A DNA stretch of 64,000 bases from Chiloscyllium plagiosum (taxonomy: Eukaryota). Positions within the stretch are counted from its first letter, which is position 1. Each line of letters begins with the position of its first letter. Below are positions 37,948-51,597 of the stretch, one piece after another. A program made the position numbers and the translations under genes. Below the pieces are notes generated by a model. That model was given only the letters and a program-made list of their open reading frames with translations. It had not been told where the DNA came from and did no database searches. The stretch spans positions 7,260,530 to 7,324,529 of the forward strand of contig NC_057750.1 in assembly GCF_004010195.1 (NCBI RefSeq), written 5' to 3'.

Positions 37948-40184
37948 TCCATTTGGTCTCACTTTAAAAGTGCAGAGAGAGTTAACTTTCAGTTTACTTT
38001 CAGTTTTAAACATCACAGAGAGCTTTATTCTCTGTTTAAAAGAATAGAGGGAAACTTTACTTTCTGTTTACTTTGAGTTTGAAACAGTTGAGCGAGCTTC
38101 ACTTTCAGTTTTAAATAGTAGAGTGGGCTTTACTTTCTGTTCAAAAGGGTAGAGGGGGCTTTACTTTCAGTTGACATTTAATTTTGAAGAGTATAGAGAG
38201 CTTTAGTCATGGAATCCCTTCAGTGTGGAAACAGGCCATTCGGCCCAACAAGCCCACACCAACCTTCCGAAGAGTAACCCACCCAGACCCATTCCCCGAA
38301 CCTATTCCCCTACATTTACCCTTGACTAATGCACCTAGCCTACACAGTATGGGGCCATCTAGCACAGCTAATCCATCCTAACCTGCACATGCTTGGACTG
38401 TGGGAGGATACCGGAGCACCCGGAGGAAACCCATGCAGACAAGGGGTGAATGTGCAAACTCCACACAGACAGTTGCCCAAGGCTGGAATTGAACCCAGGT
38501 CCCTGGCACTATGAGGCAGCGGTGTTAACCACTGAGCCACCGTGCCACCCCAAAGAGTACAGGGAGCTTTACCTTAAGCCGAAAAGAGTAGTGGAGGGGT
38601 TGTCTGCCTGATAGGAATATGGCGAAAGTGAGGACTGCAGATCAGAGTCGAGGGTACGGTGCTGGAAAAGCACAGCCAGTCAGGCAGCATCCGAGGAGCA
38701 GGAGAATCGACATTTCAGGCAAAAGCCCTTTATCAGGTATAAGGCTGGGAGACTCAGGGGTGGAGAGATAATTGGGAGGGAGGTGGGGCTGGGGGGAAGG
38801 TAGCTGAGAGTACAACAGGCCTGTTCCCTGGATGCTGCCTGACCTGCTGTGCTGTTCCAGCAATAAAGTTTCAACCAAGATGGACCAATGGGACAGGTCA
38901 TGAGGACAGTGCCGAGTTGGAAGGTTGGAACTAGGGGTAAGGTGGGGGGAGGGGAACAATATGTCCAACCTGAGGTGTCGGATCACCAGTTTCAGAGGGT
39001 AGTGTCTCTCTCACCTGACCCCATCATCCTTTCTCCAGCACTGGGCTGGAGGGCAGCGATGGGGCTGGCAGAGTGTGAATGTTACCAGAACCTGTGGCTG
39101 GCAGCTCTGAGTTCTAACGCAACGCCTCACCCAGGAAGACAGAAAGATTAGCTCTTATTATGAGCAGAATCTTTGTCACCATGGTAACTGCCAGACTGCT
39201 GGGAAATTGGTGCTGCTTTCCGGCTGGTGGAGACTGAGGCGAGGGAGATGACCACATCTCGAGGGGGTAAGTTCTCACGGTCTTTCAAAGATGCCTTGCC
39301 TTCCACTGAGTGTAGAGTCAGGGCATGATTGACCCGAGGAAGGCGTTAAACTGTTCAGGCGCTGTGTCAGGAAACACCCTCAGCCTGTCTTGGAAATTTG
39401 GAGACCTCAAAATGTCGTGGACAGTGGGGGAGTGAAATGTGGGGAACTCAGATGGAAGTAGGCTCTTGTTATGACCCAAGTGCTTTGCAAACACCCGCCA
39501 ACAATTATGTTTTGATGACAAATGTTTTCCTCATGTCGATCGAACATCTTTCGCCGAGACACAAGAGACCCCTCCGTCGCTCCCTCTCTCCCCCCGAAAT
39601 ATTGTCTCCGGGAAACCCCTCACATCCCCCTCCACTTCCACCCAGCATGCAGATCTGATAGACAGCACCTCTGACAGTGCAGCACTCACTCAGTCCCGCA
39701 GCACAGTGTCAGAGGGGCGTTTTGAGGCTTTTTTTAAATTTGAGGTTCCAAGACAAGTGTGTCACTATTTGAGAAATGACCTTACCGCTGTGGCGTTACT
39801 GCAATGTGAAAACGAGATGGATTTGAGGCACAGATCAGTCATCAAATGAAAAACTCAAGCTCCCCATCCTGTTCCTCCATCACTATGTATTCCTCCAGCA
39901 TCATTTAAATGCCACCATTCTCCTTCCCAGAAAGTCTGTCATCTGGAATTAAGACATTAAGATCATACACAATCTCAACGTGGACAGATACATGGATAGG
40001 AAAGGTATAGGGGGACATGGGCCAGGGACTAGTTCAGTCGAGGAAACCTGGTTGGCATGGACGAATAGGGCCGAAGGGTCTGTTCCCGTGCTGTGTGACT
40101 TCCGGTCTGCCATCCGAATTAAGACATCATTACGTTGACACACAACCTTAATGTGCACAGGTACCAACAAGGGGGAGACAGGCA

Positions 40185-40312
40185 GCAGGGAGCTTTGAGA
40201 CAGGACAGTGGGGAGATTTGAAACAGGGCAGTGGGGAGATTTGAGACAGGGCAGTGGGTAGATTTGAAACAGGGCAGTGGGGAGATTTGAGACAGGGCAG
40301 CGGGGAGATTTA
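40185..40312. repeat. 23-bp minisatellite (gagatttgaaacagggcagtggg), ~5-6 copies
   Basis: Direct reading. Confidence 0.9.
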
Positions 40313-41966
40313 ATAGGGGTCAGTTCAGAGAGAATGAGAACAGAAAGGTGTCTCTGACCAAAATCGTTTTTATGGAAACATAAGAAATGGAAGCAGAACT
40401 GGGCCATTCAGCCTTTTAATTCCGTACTGTTCTTCAAAAGGATCATGACTGACCATCCAACTCTGTTCCCGTTCCCGCTTTCTCCCCAATACCCTTTGAT
40501 CCCTTTAGCCCTCAGAACTGTATCTAACTCCTTGAAAACATCCAATGTTTTGGTCTCAACTGCTTTCTGTGGTAGAGAATTCCACTCTCTGAGTGAAGAC
40601 ATTTCTCCCCATCTCAGTCCCATCCCATGTCCTTACAGAATAGGCCTCACTTCTTATTCTTCACCGGCGTTTTGCATGTCTGTCTGAATCCACTCGTTAC
40701 CATAACAACACGGGATGTAGTAGTACACCTGTGGCAATGCAGTTGACAGGAGTTGTACAAGTGATCATCTTCAGGGCCTCACAGTGCACAACTCACAGTC
40801 CCCTCTGACTCCAGAGGATTGTGGGACCCATTCTATTCCAGGGACTTGAGCCACCCTGCCCCTCTCCCCATCCATAACCCTTCCCCTCATCTCTTTATCT
40901 GTAGCTGCCCCTAACTCCACCTCCAGTCCCGAAGAAGGGCTACACCTGAAACGAAGACTTCTCCACCTCCTGATGCTGCCTGGCCTGCTGTGTTCTTCCA
41001 GCCTCCTGCCTGTCTACTTTGGATTCCAGCATCTGCAGGTTTTCTGTCTCTGAGAAAGTCCAGGGGAGAGCAGTCCCAGTGCAGTGCAGAGGGAGTGCCG
41101 AACTGCCAGAGGGGAAGACAGACTAAAGCCCTGGCTGAACTCCTATATAGATGACAACAAGCTGAAGTGTTTCCTGGCTAATTTTTGAAAAAATTCTTTG
41201 GTTTAGAATTTGTTGACAGGATGTGGGTGTCCCTGGCTGGGTCTGCATTTATTGCCTATCCCTAATTGCCCCAGAGTGCACTTAAGCACCAACCCCATCG
41301 CTGTGGGTCTGGAGTCACATGTAGGCCAGACCAGGTAAGGATGCAGTTTCCTTCCCTGAAGGACATTAGTGACCCAGGTGGGATTTTACCCCTCAACAAT
41401 CTATTCACAGTCATTGTTAAACTCTTAAATCCAGATATTTATTGAATTCAAGTTTAGTGCTGGAGGGATTTGAACCCAGGGCTCCCCCTTAACATTACCC
41501 AGATTGATAGGGCAGCAAGAATACCTTTGGGCCATCACCTCCCACGATATATTCAGCTGTCAAAGAACAGGGTAAAACCAGACTATAAAGCATTTCATAT
41601 CACATCCACTATCCCAGATGGTGAAATTTGAACCTAATAATTTTGATTTTCAATTCATTGACAGAATGTGTGCAATCACTGGCCAGGCCATCATTTATTG
41701 CCCTATCCCTAATTGCCCAGAGGGATGAGTTAAGAGTTAACCCCATTGCTGTGGGTCTGGAGTCACATGTAGGCCAGACCAGGTAAGGATGGCAGTTTCC
41801 TTCCCTAAAGGACGTTAGTGAACCCGATGGGTGTTTCCCCAAATAATCTTTAGCAACAGTGGCTTTAAGGTCATCATGCATTTTTTATTTAAATTGAACT
41901 CAAATTCTACAAAACCGGGATTTGAACCCATATCCTGAGCACGTTCACTGGGTTTCTGGATTAATA

Positions 41967-42160
41967 ACAGAAACAGAAATTGCTGGAAAAGCTCAGCAGG
42001 TCTGACAGCATCTGTGAAGTGAAACCAGTGTTAAAGTTTCGAGTCCGGTGCCCCTTCCTCGGGATATTAACACTGATTTCTCTCCACGGATGCTGCCAGA
42101 CCTGCTGAGCTTTTCCAGCAGTGTCTGTTTCTGATTTACAGCATCCACAATTCTTTCGGT
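41967..42160. mobile_element. Palindromic PLE-like short insertion in a SINE
   Basis: Imperfect TSD tttctggattaata / tttctgcatcaata; arms tgctggaaaagctcagcaggtctg / cagacctgctgagcttttccagca. Similar element at ~44190-44375. Confidence 0.75.
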
Positions 42161-44451
42161 TTTCTGCATCAATACCCGAGCAACAATACCACTAGGCTAA
42201 TACCTCTCTAAATATGGAATTAAATAGCTAATGGAAGACCACGGATGCACTGTCAAATTGTTATAATAAGGCATCAGGTTCGCAAAGGAACGCTTTGAGG
42301 GGAAGGAAATCTGCTGTCTTTACCCGGTCTGGCCACAGCGATGGAGTTGACTCTGAACTGCTCTCTGAAGAATAAATATTGACTCAGCCAGCAACGCCCA
42401 TATCCCGTGAATGAATGACAAAAAATAATCTCTACCCACAGAGGTTTGGTGCAGAGGCAGGAGAATGCAGGCTGACAAATTATTTTAGCGTAAGAAAGCT
42501 ACGATCTGAAATCTGTGGCCTGAGAGCAGACTGAAGCGAACTTGCAAAGAAGGAACTGGTTAAAGACACAAAGAGAGTGAGTACATGGGATTTCTCTGTA
42601 AGAGAACCAACCCTGGCAGAGTTCTCCATAAGGCCTCCTTAAATCTCAAAACTAAACAGGCCCCTCAGAGACAGAGACGCACTCAGGAACCTAAGAGCCG
42701 TGTAAACATCCCCTTTATACCAGGACAGTTTAGTAAGTGCTGTCAAACAAAATGAAGATGGACTGGTTATTAATACCGTCACTGACTTCCTAAAGCAGCA
42801 GCTCAACTTCGAGAGGCAAGGCGCTTTGACGCGATTCAGGGAGCAGCGAGATTCCAGTTCCGGACAAAAACAGTCCGCAGCTCCGGAAATTTCTGTTTCG
42901 CCCTGCGTCCCCCGTGGCGCTCTTCAGAGTAGACACACCCTGGATTCAAAAGTCAGAAAGTCATGGGTTTGAGTTGCAGTCAATACACGACCTGGGCTGA
43001 CACTCCCAAGGCATGTAGTGAGGGTACGCTGGACTCTGGGAGTTAACGTTCGGATCAGATGTTAAACTGAAGCCCCCACCCCCAGCATCTCAGGTGGACA
43101 TTATGCAGATTGGAGGTTCGGGCTAATACTTAGTCCTCACAAAACACCATTAAGACAGAGTATCTAGTTAGTATAGAATTCATAAAGTGTGGAAACAGGC
43201 CCCTTTGGCCCAACAAGTCCACACCAACCCTCAAAGAATATCCCATTCAAACCCATTACTCTACATTTACCCCTGACTAATGCTCCTAACCTGCACAAGA
43301 TGGGGCAATTTCCCATGGCCAATCCCCACCTTAACCTGCATACCTTTGGACTGTGGGAGGAAACCCGCACAGACATGGGGAGAATGTGCAAACTCCACAC
43401 ACAGTTGCCTGAGGCTGGAATCAAACCCAAGTCCCTTGAGCTGCAAAGCAGCAGTGCTAACCACTGAGCCACCGTACCACCATCAAACAGCAAGGAAACA
43501 AACACTTCGATCCAACCAGTCCATGCCAACCATAATCCCAAACTAAGCTAGTCCCACCCTGCCTGCTCCTGGCCCATATCCCTCCAACCTTTCCTAATGC
43601 TATTTATGTGCACAGCTGGCTTCCACTTCCACAGCTGGCATTGCGACAGTAGCCTCACGGTGAAAGTACTTTATCCGAAGCACTTTGCAAACACCCTGAA
43701 GTCTTAAAAGGTGCTATATAAATGCAACTCTTCACTCTCTTTTATTCATTCCTGGGATGTGGGCGTTGTTGGCTGGGCCCAGCATTTATCGCCCCATCCC
43801 TAGTTGCCATTTGAGAAGGTGGGGGGTGAGCTGCCTTTTTGAAAAGCTGCAGACCACCTTGTCGAGAGGTACCCACAATGCCCTAGGGAGGAAATTCCCC
43901 AGATTTTGACCCAGCAACACTGAAGGAACGGTGATGTGTTTTCAAGTCAGGATGGTGAGTGGCTCGGAGGGGAACTTGCAGGGGGTGGTGTCCCCATGTA
44001 TCTGCTGCCCTTGTCCTTCTAGATGGAAGTGGCCGTGGGTTTGGAAGGTGCTGTAAGTGAGGGAGGGCGAAAAGGTTGGCAGTGTGAGCCACCATTTTGA
44101 GGCCTAATTACCCACAGCAAGATCCCACAAAGAGCAGTGCAGTACGTGACGAGGTAAAATGTGTGAACGATGGGGGAGAATGATAGGCACAAAACCAGAG
44201 ATTGCTGGAAAAACCCAGCAGGTCTGGCAGCATCCGTGAAGAAAGAAAGCAGAGTTAACGTTTCTTCAGAAGGGACCGAAACATTAACTCCATTTCTCTC
44301 GCCGCAGATGCTGCCAATCTTGCTGAGTTTTTGAAGCAATTTCTGTTTTCATTTCTCATTTCCGGCATCCTCCGTTCATCGAGTCCGACAGCACAGCAAC
44401 TGAACCTTCGGCCCAACTCATCCATGCTGACCAGGTTTCCCCAACTGAAGT

Positions 44452-44920
44452 GGGGAGGTGATGGCCTAGTGGGATAATTGCTGAACTATTAACGTAGAGA
44501 CCCAGGTAGTGCGCTGGGGACCTGGGTTCAAATCCTGCCACGGCAGATGGTGGAATTGGAATTTGACCCAAAACAAATCCGGAATTAAGGATCTAACAAC
44601 GACCAAGAACGGGAAAAACCAATCTGGTTCACTAATGTCCTTCAGGGAAGGAAATTACCATCCTTACCTGGTCTGGCCTACATGTGACTCTAGACCCACA
44701 GCGATGGGGTTGACTCTTAACTGCCCTCTGGGACATCAGGAGATCAGAATCAAAAAGTGTGGTTCCCGATGAAGAGCTAATGTTTGAAACATCCATTCTC
44801 CTGCTCCTCAGATGCTGGCTGTGCTTTTTCTAGCGCCACAGTTTTTCACTCTGGACAATTAGGGTTGGGTAAAGAAACGTTGGACTAGCCAGCGATGCCA
44901 ACTTCCTGTGAATGAGTTTA
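44452..44920 (+). mobile_element. tRNA-derived SINE family B, full length, with nested PLE-derived insert (~44735-44850)
   Basis: A box tggcctagtgg, B box ggttcaaatcc, core and tail present. Confidence 0.85.
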
Positions 44921-46184
44921 AAAAAAAAACAACTGGTCCCATTTGGCCCAAAACCCTTCAATTTTGGGATTTTCTTTTGAAAGAGAGATTGATGATGTTG
45001 AACCTCGCTTAATGCTTATCAACGTTTCATCAGAAATTGTCTCTCTCTGTCTCATCTGTAAGGACTGACTGTGAATGTTGAGATAGATTACCAGTTGCAA
45101 ACTCTGCTGAGCATGACTTCACTACTTCAGACTATTCGGGGTCAGTCAGCTTTACAATGTGTTGTGATGCCAACAGCCTGGGTTCAGTTTCAATGCCAGC
45201 TGAGGTTACCATTATTCTGTGATCTCACCTGAGGTGTGGTGGCCCTCACATCAAACCAAAAGCAACCATTTCTCTCCTTCAAGAGAGACCAACACTTTCT
45301 TTATATATTTTTCCCCCGCACTTGATAATAGCAATTTTTTTTCCATCTGAATTCATTCATGGGATGAGTGCGTCCCTGGCTGGGTTCAAGATGGCATCTC
45401 ATCCCCACCTTCTCAAGGGGCAACTAGGGACGGGTGATAAATGCTGGCCCAGCTATTGACACCCAAATCCCATGGATGTATTAAAGAAAAGTTGAGAGTC
45501 AACCACATCCACTGTGGGTCAGGAGCCACGTGTAGGCCCAGCCCAGATGGCAGTTTCCTTCCCGAAAGAACATTAGTGAATCAGATGGGTTTTTCCCAAC
45601 AATTGACTCACAGTCATCATTAAACTCTTAAGTCCAGATATATATTAGATTCAAATTCTACCATATGCCATAGTGAGATTTAAACCTGGGTCCCCAAGTT
45701 AGCAGTCCAGCAATAATGCCACTAGGCAATCTACCTCCCCTCAAGGAGCATCGCCTGGAGGGCATAGAGGCTGCCCTGTAAGTGCCAGCTCGCACCTTCC
45801 AACTGAACACTCTTGCCGACACAATGGGAAGATCTCTAAGCAGTGGGTATAGTTACCCCTTTACAGAACAGACAGACCTGCTTTGATTATCCTTGGATCT
45901 AATACAGGCAATGCCAAACAAGGAAACCATGGAAACACACCAAGGAACCGACAGAAATAGACACCACCAACCATTTCTGTAGCCAAGGCTGTTTTAGGGT
46001 GGCTCAGTGGTTAGCCCTACTGCCTCACAGTGTCAGGGACCCAGGTTCAATTCCAGCCTTGGGGGCTGTCTGTGTAGAGTTTGCACATTCTCCCCGTGTC
46101 TGTGCGGGTTTCCTCCGGGTGCTCCAGTTTCCTCCCTCAATCAAAAGATGTGCAGATTAGGGTGGATTGGCCATGCTAAATTGC

Positions 46185-46325
46185 TGATCGATTCATTCCT
46201 GATGAAGGGCTTTTCCCTGAAACGTCGATTTTCCTGTTCCTCGGATGCTGCCTGACCGGCTGTGCTTTTCCAGCACCACTCTAATCTAGACTCTGATTTC
46301 CAGCATCTGCAGTCCTCACTTTTGT
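46185..46325 (+). mobile_element. PLE terminal-repeat insertion with hammerhead motif inside an HE1 SINE
   Basis: TSD catgctaaattgc (46172-46184) / catgctaagttgc (46326-46338); CTGATGA..GAAACGTC at ~46199-46226. Confidence 0.85.
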
Positions 46326-46721
46326 CATGCTAAGTTGCCCCTAGTGTCCTGGGATGTACAAGCTAGGTGGATAGGGTGAGTCTGGGTGGGACCGAAAGAG
46401 AAAATGTTGGAAAATCTCAGCAGGTCTGGCAGCATCTGTAAGGAGAGAAAAGAGCTGACGTTTCAAGTCTAACTGACCCTTTGTGGGGTGCTCTTTGGAG
46501 GGCCAGTGTGGACTTGATAGGCTGAATGGTCTGCATCCATGCTGTCAGGGTGTTATGTATGTAAGTATACACAGCACTTGCTGGAGGGCGCAATTAAAAT
46601 GAGACAAAACTGCTCCAACAGCTCATTTATAAGTGTAGAGATTCATTCCTATGTTTTTTGGTGGTTTTTCATCTCACTAAAGGGCTGAGTTCTGATTTTC
46701 TTCTTTAATCATTCACCGGAC

Positions 46722-47490
46722 CAGTTATAGGAAGGATATTGTTGAGCTGGAGATGGTTCAGACGAGATTTACCAGGATGTTGCCGGGAGTTGAGGGTTTG
46801 AGTTATAAGGCGAGGCTGGGCCTTATTTTCATTGGGCTGTCAGAGTGGTGTCCTCGTAGAGGTTTATAAAACCATGAGGGACATGGACAAGGTGAATGGC
46901 AGGTGTCTTTTCCTCAGGGTGAGGGATTTCAAGACTAGAGGGCACATTTTTAAGGTGAGAGGAGAAAGTCGCAAGGGGTAATTTTTTTTTCACACAGACT
47001 GTGAATGTTGAGATAGATTACCAGTTTCCAACTCTGCAAAGCATGACTTCACTACTTCAGACTAGGCGGGGTCAGTCAGCTTCGCAATGCGTTGTGATGT
47101 TCACATGTAGGCCAGACCAGGTAAGGACGGCAGATTTCCCCTCACTCGTTAGTGAGCCAGATAGGTTTTCTCTCCCCCCACCAACAACACAAGGTCATCA
47201 TAGAGTGATAGAGATGTACAGCACGGAAACAGACCCTTCGGTCCAACCCGTCCATGCCGACCCGATATCCCAACCCAATTTAGTCCCACATGCCAGCACC
47301 CGGTCCATATCCCTCCACACCCTTCCCATTCATATACCCATCCAAATGCCTTTTAAATGTTGCAATTGTACCAGCCTCCACCACTTCCTCTGGCAGCTCA
47401 TTCCATACACGCACCACCCTCTGTGTGAAAAAGTTGCCCCTTAGGTCTCATTCATATCTTTCCCCTCGCACCCTAAACCTATGCCCTCTA
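46722..47490. mobile_element. Composite: CR1 fragment (+, 46722-46997), duplicated 103-bp segment, SINE piece and HER1 3' end (-, 47200-47490)
   Basis: CR1 C-terminal nucleotide motifs on both strands, matching other copies in the window. Confidence 0.8.
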
Positions 47491-48113
47491 TAGACAATAG
47501 ACAATAGGTGCAGGAGTAGGCCATTCTGCCCTTGGAGCCAGCACCACCATTCATTATGATCATGGCTGGACTTCCCCATTAATTGCAGATTTTAAATTTG
47601 AATTCAAAGTCAACCATCATGATTTGAATCCACACCCCCAGAACCTGACCTGGGCTCTCTGGGTGAACAGTCCAGCCAAAATACCACTAGGCCGTCACCT
47701 CCCCCTCAAAGGTCATTGACCTTGACTGTTGACTCTGCTTCTCCTCACAGATGCTGAGCTGTTGGCGTCTTTCTTTGGTCGCCTTCAGAATACCAGCACC
47801 TGCTGTTGTTCTGGGATATGCCTTTAAGAGGGAGAATCGCAATATTCCGACAGGAACAGGCATCTCTGAGGCAGTGCGGCACGGGGTGGGGGAGTGTCTA
47901 AATTCCCAAAACCCTTTTTGAGAAAGTAAGTTGGTCAATATTTACAAAAGAAATTTTTTTCTCAAAAAGAAAAGCTGCGAGGAACAGGGAGATGGGGCGG
48001 AAGGATAATTGTTTAGCTCTCTGGGGGCATGATGGGTAAAATGGCTTCCTGCCATCTAGTACAATTCCATGGCCTTGGATTTGCTTGTGTAAACCTGCTG
48101 TGGTAGATCCCAG

Positions 48114-48291
48114 GAGAAAGTGAGAACTGCAGATGCTGGAGATCAGAGCTGAAAAATGTGTTGCTGGAAAAACGCAGCAGCTCAGGCAGCATCCAAGAAT
48201 TCCTGAAGAAGGGCTTATGCCTGAAACGTCAATTCTCCTGCTCCTTGGATGCTGTCTGAGCTGCTGCGCTTTTCCAGCAACACATTTTTCA
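48114..48291. mobile_element. Palindromic PLE-derived insertion, 17-bp perfect TSD, hammerhead motif in loop
   Basis: TSD gctgtggtagatcccag at 48097-48113 and 48292-48308; ~50-bp near-perfect inverted arms; CTGAAGA a gggc ttat gcct GAAA cGTC at 48203-48230. Confidence 0.9.
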
Positions 48292-49822
48292 GCTGTGGTA
48301 GATCCCAGCCTGCCGTTGGTTTGATGGGGTGAGAAATCTCTGCAAAATGGTGAATGGATATCGTACACAAGCATTCATTAATTGCTCAGTAGTAAGTATT
48401 TACTTACAATACCATAAGTTAAACCTTTACTCAGACTGCACCTTCCTGGAAGGACAAAGGCAGCAGATACATTGGAACACCACCCCCTGCAAGTTCCCCT
48501 CCGAGCCACTCACTTAGAAATATATCACTAAATTGCCCCGTAGTGTCCAGGGATGTGCAGGCTAGGTGGGTTAGCCAAGGGAAGTGCGGTGTTATAGGGC
48601 GTGTGGGAAGGGGGTGGGTCTGGATGGGATGATGTTCAGAGTGTCAGTGTGGACCCGATGGGCTGAATGGCCTGCTTCCTCACTGTAGGGAACTCTATAT
48701 TTCAGCATCAAGTTAAACTGCCCCATCAGTTATATCTTTCCTTGTCACACCCTTCACAATTTGTCCCGTGCCAGCCCTATGCACAGCAAGAATCCACAAG
48801 ACCAATCCAATAGTCCCGTTATGTAACAATAAGATTTAAGGATAAAGAATTAGAGGAACATTTGCTCAAATGTAAACAGTGCGAACAGACTCCACTGTTT
48901 TGCACTCATTAGGACTGGGATATAAGAAACTAAACTTAGGAAGAAAACACTAATTTATACAGGATGAGAATAGGGTGTTGTCTGGCAGGGCCCTGAATTA
49001 TTTTTTAAATCATACACAAGTGAGGGTACCGCTGGCTAGGCCAGCATTTATTACCCATCCCTAATTGCCCCAGAGGGCACTTGAAGAGTCAGCCACACTG
49101 CTGTGAGTCTGGAGTCCCGTGTAGGTCCAGACCAGGAAAGGATAGCAGTTCCTTTCCCTGAAGGGATGATGTGGAAGTGCCAGTGTTGGACAAGATCAGA
49201 AGTCACTCGATACCAGGTTATAGTCCAACAGGTTTATTTGAAATCATAAGCTTTCGGAGCACCCCTTTAAAGAGGATAAGTGATTCTCTTTCTCCCCCCT
49301 CCCCCCCCAGCAATTAATTCATGGTCATAATTAGACTCTTCATTCTAGATTTTTGTTGGATTCAGATTCCACCACCTGCCAGGGTGGGATTTGAACCCAG
49401 GCCCCCAAGTAAGTAGCCCAGCGATAATACCACTGCGCCATTGCCTCCATTAGTGGGGAGGTGATGCAGTGGTATCTGTTCACGGCCAGTCTTACTGAGC
49501 TGATTCAACCCAGATTGTGTGTGTGTGTGTGTGATTGTGTGTATTGTTGGGGCTGGTGGGGGAGGTCGACTGTGATTGGTCAGGATGTCGTCATGAGGAG
49601 AATGTCAGCAGAGATTGGCTGTTTCCATGCACATTTCCAACCCCCGTCCTTTCCTTCTAAGATTGCTACATTCCCATGGCAACACCCTAACCAATCAGCA
49701 TGATGATGGAGAAAGAAACTGAGGAACTTGGGTGCAACAAAAATAAATTAAGAGGAAAGGAAATACATTAGAATCCCTACAGTGGAAACAGGCCCTTCGG
49801 CCCAACAAACCCATTCGCCCTA

Positions 49823-50724
49823 CCCTATATTTACTCCTGCCTACACATCCCTGAACACTACGGGCAATTTAGCGCAGCCAATCCATCCTCATCTGCACAT
49901 CTTTGGACTGTGGGAGGAAACCAGAGCACCCGGAGGAAACCCACACAGACACGGGGAGAATGTGCAAACTCCACACAGACAGTCGCCCGAGGGTGGGCTT
50001 GAACCTGAGTCCCTGCTGCTAATCATTGAGCCACCATGAGAGAGAAACGACAGAAATAGAAAGGTAGCAAAACAACATTAATTTTAAAAAGTCTACCAAC
50101 AATTTACTATATGCAAGGTTTGAACTGTTCCCTTTATAGAGTCATACAGCACGGAAATAGACCCTTCGGTCCAACCTGTCCATGCCGACCATAATCCCAA
50201 ACTAAACTGAGATGACTCCAAAGAGGCTGGTATCTTGTTCCCCTTTATTTACACAGGGAGAGTCCCTGACACTCCCTATATTTACTCCTGCCTACACATC
50301 CCTGAACACTACGGGCAATTTAGCGCAGCCAATCCACCCTCACCTGCACATCTTTGGACTGTGGGAGGAAACCAGAGCACCCGGAGGAAACCCACACAGA
50401 CACGGGGAGAATGTGCAAACTCCACACAGACAGTAGCCCGAGGGTGGGCTTCAACCTGAGTCCCTGCTGCTAATCATTGAGCCACCATGAGAGAGAAAAG
50501 ACAGAAATAGAAAGGTAGCAAAACAACATTAATTTTAAAACGTCTACCAACAATTTACTATATGCAAGGTTTGAACTGTTCCCTTTATAGAGTCATACAG
50601 CACGGAAATAGACCCTTCGGTCCAACCTGTCCATGCCGACCATAATCCCAAAATAAACTGAGATGACTCCAAAGAGGCTGGTATCTTGTTCCCCTTTATT
50701 TACACAGGGAGAGTCCCTGACACT
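49823..50724. repeat. 451-bp tandem duplication (49823-50273 / 50274-50724)
   Basis: Two near-identical copies with ~7 substitutions by eye, each containing HE1, unique, HER1-tail and LTR-like pieces. Confidence 0.92.
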
Positions 50725-51597
50725 GGCCCAGCTCCCTCAGAGGCAGCTCTCAGAGTGAACAGGATGTATGATACTCTTTGTTTTACAGAATCCAATAGCA
50801 TCAGGACACACTGGGTGTGGGCAGCCAGCTTAGAATCAGTCCCCTGACGAACATGGAGAGTCCCTGACACTGACCCAGCTCCCTCACAGCCAGCTCTCCG
50901 AGTGAACAGAACCCCTGACACTCCTGTTAATATCTGTCAGCCAGGGCTCCCTGATTGGACCAGGTTAACAGCCCCAATCAGGGGACTCAGGTCCACCAGC
51001 CCCACATCGCTCCACTACAAAATAAGTCCCATTTACCTGCATTTGGCCCATATCCCTCGAAAGCTTTCCCACCCATGTACCTGTCCAAATGTCTCTTAAC
51101 CATTGTACCTGTACCTGCCTCTGCCACATCCTCTGGCAGATATTATTTCTGGGTTAGTGAGGTATTGCAGGCCCATAATTCAAATCAATTTTTAAAAAAA
51201 TCTCCTCGTGCTGTTGTGTACCACGCAGTCCCCACAAGGTTGTGTGCCAAGTGTAACTGGCTGAGCAAGTGCAGTAGTCTCTGTACGCTTACCAGAAGGT
51301 TGAGGGGGAGTTACAGTCTTTGTGAAGCTAAAAGCAGACCATAGCAAATGGTCCAGACATTCTCCCGAGTTTGCAGCTCACACCACCAGCTACTGGGTAT
51401 TTGACATCTAACAGACAACAGCAATAATCCCTCCTGTATTTTCCCAGCAAATTCCTGACCCAATTTCTCTGGAAGCCCTATGTCCCTCCTTCAGTAGACT
51501 CCACATGCAACCCCTCGCCTCTGAGTTATGACGTTCTGCACTCACAGCCAGCCTAGGATTTAATCATTAATAAAAAAAACATCAAAGCAGACACGCA

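Noticed and set aside
42701..42713. tgtaaacatcccc matches the 5' end of miR-30d
   Set aside because: Similarity stops after 13 nt and no complementary star arm follows; it also fits a FOX-type motif.
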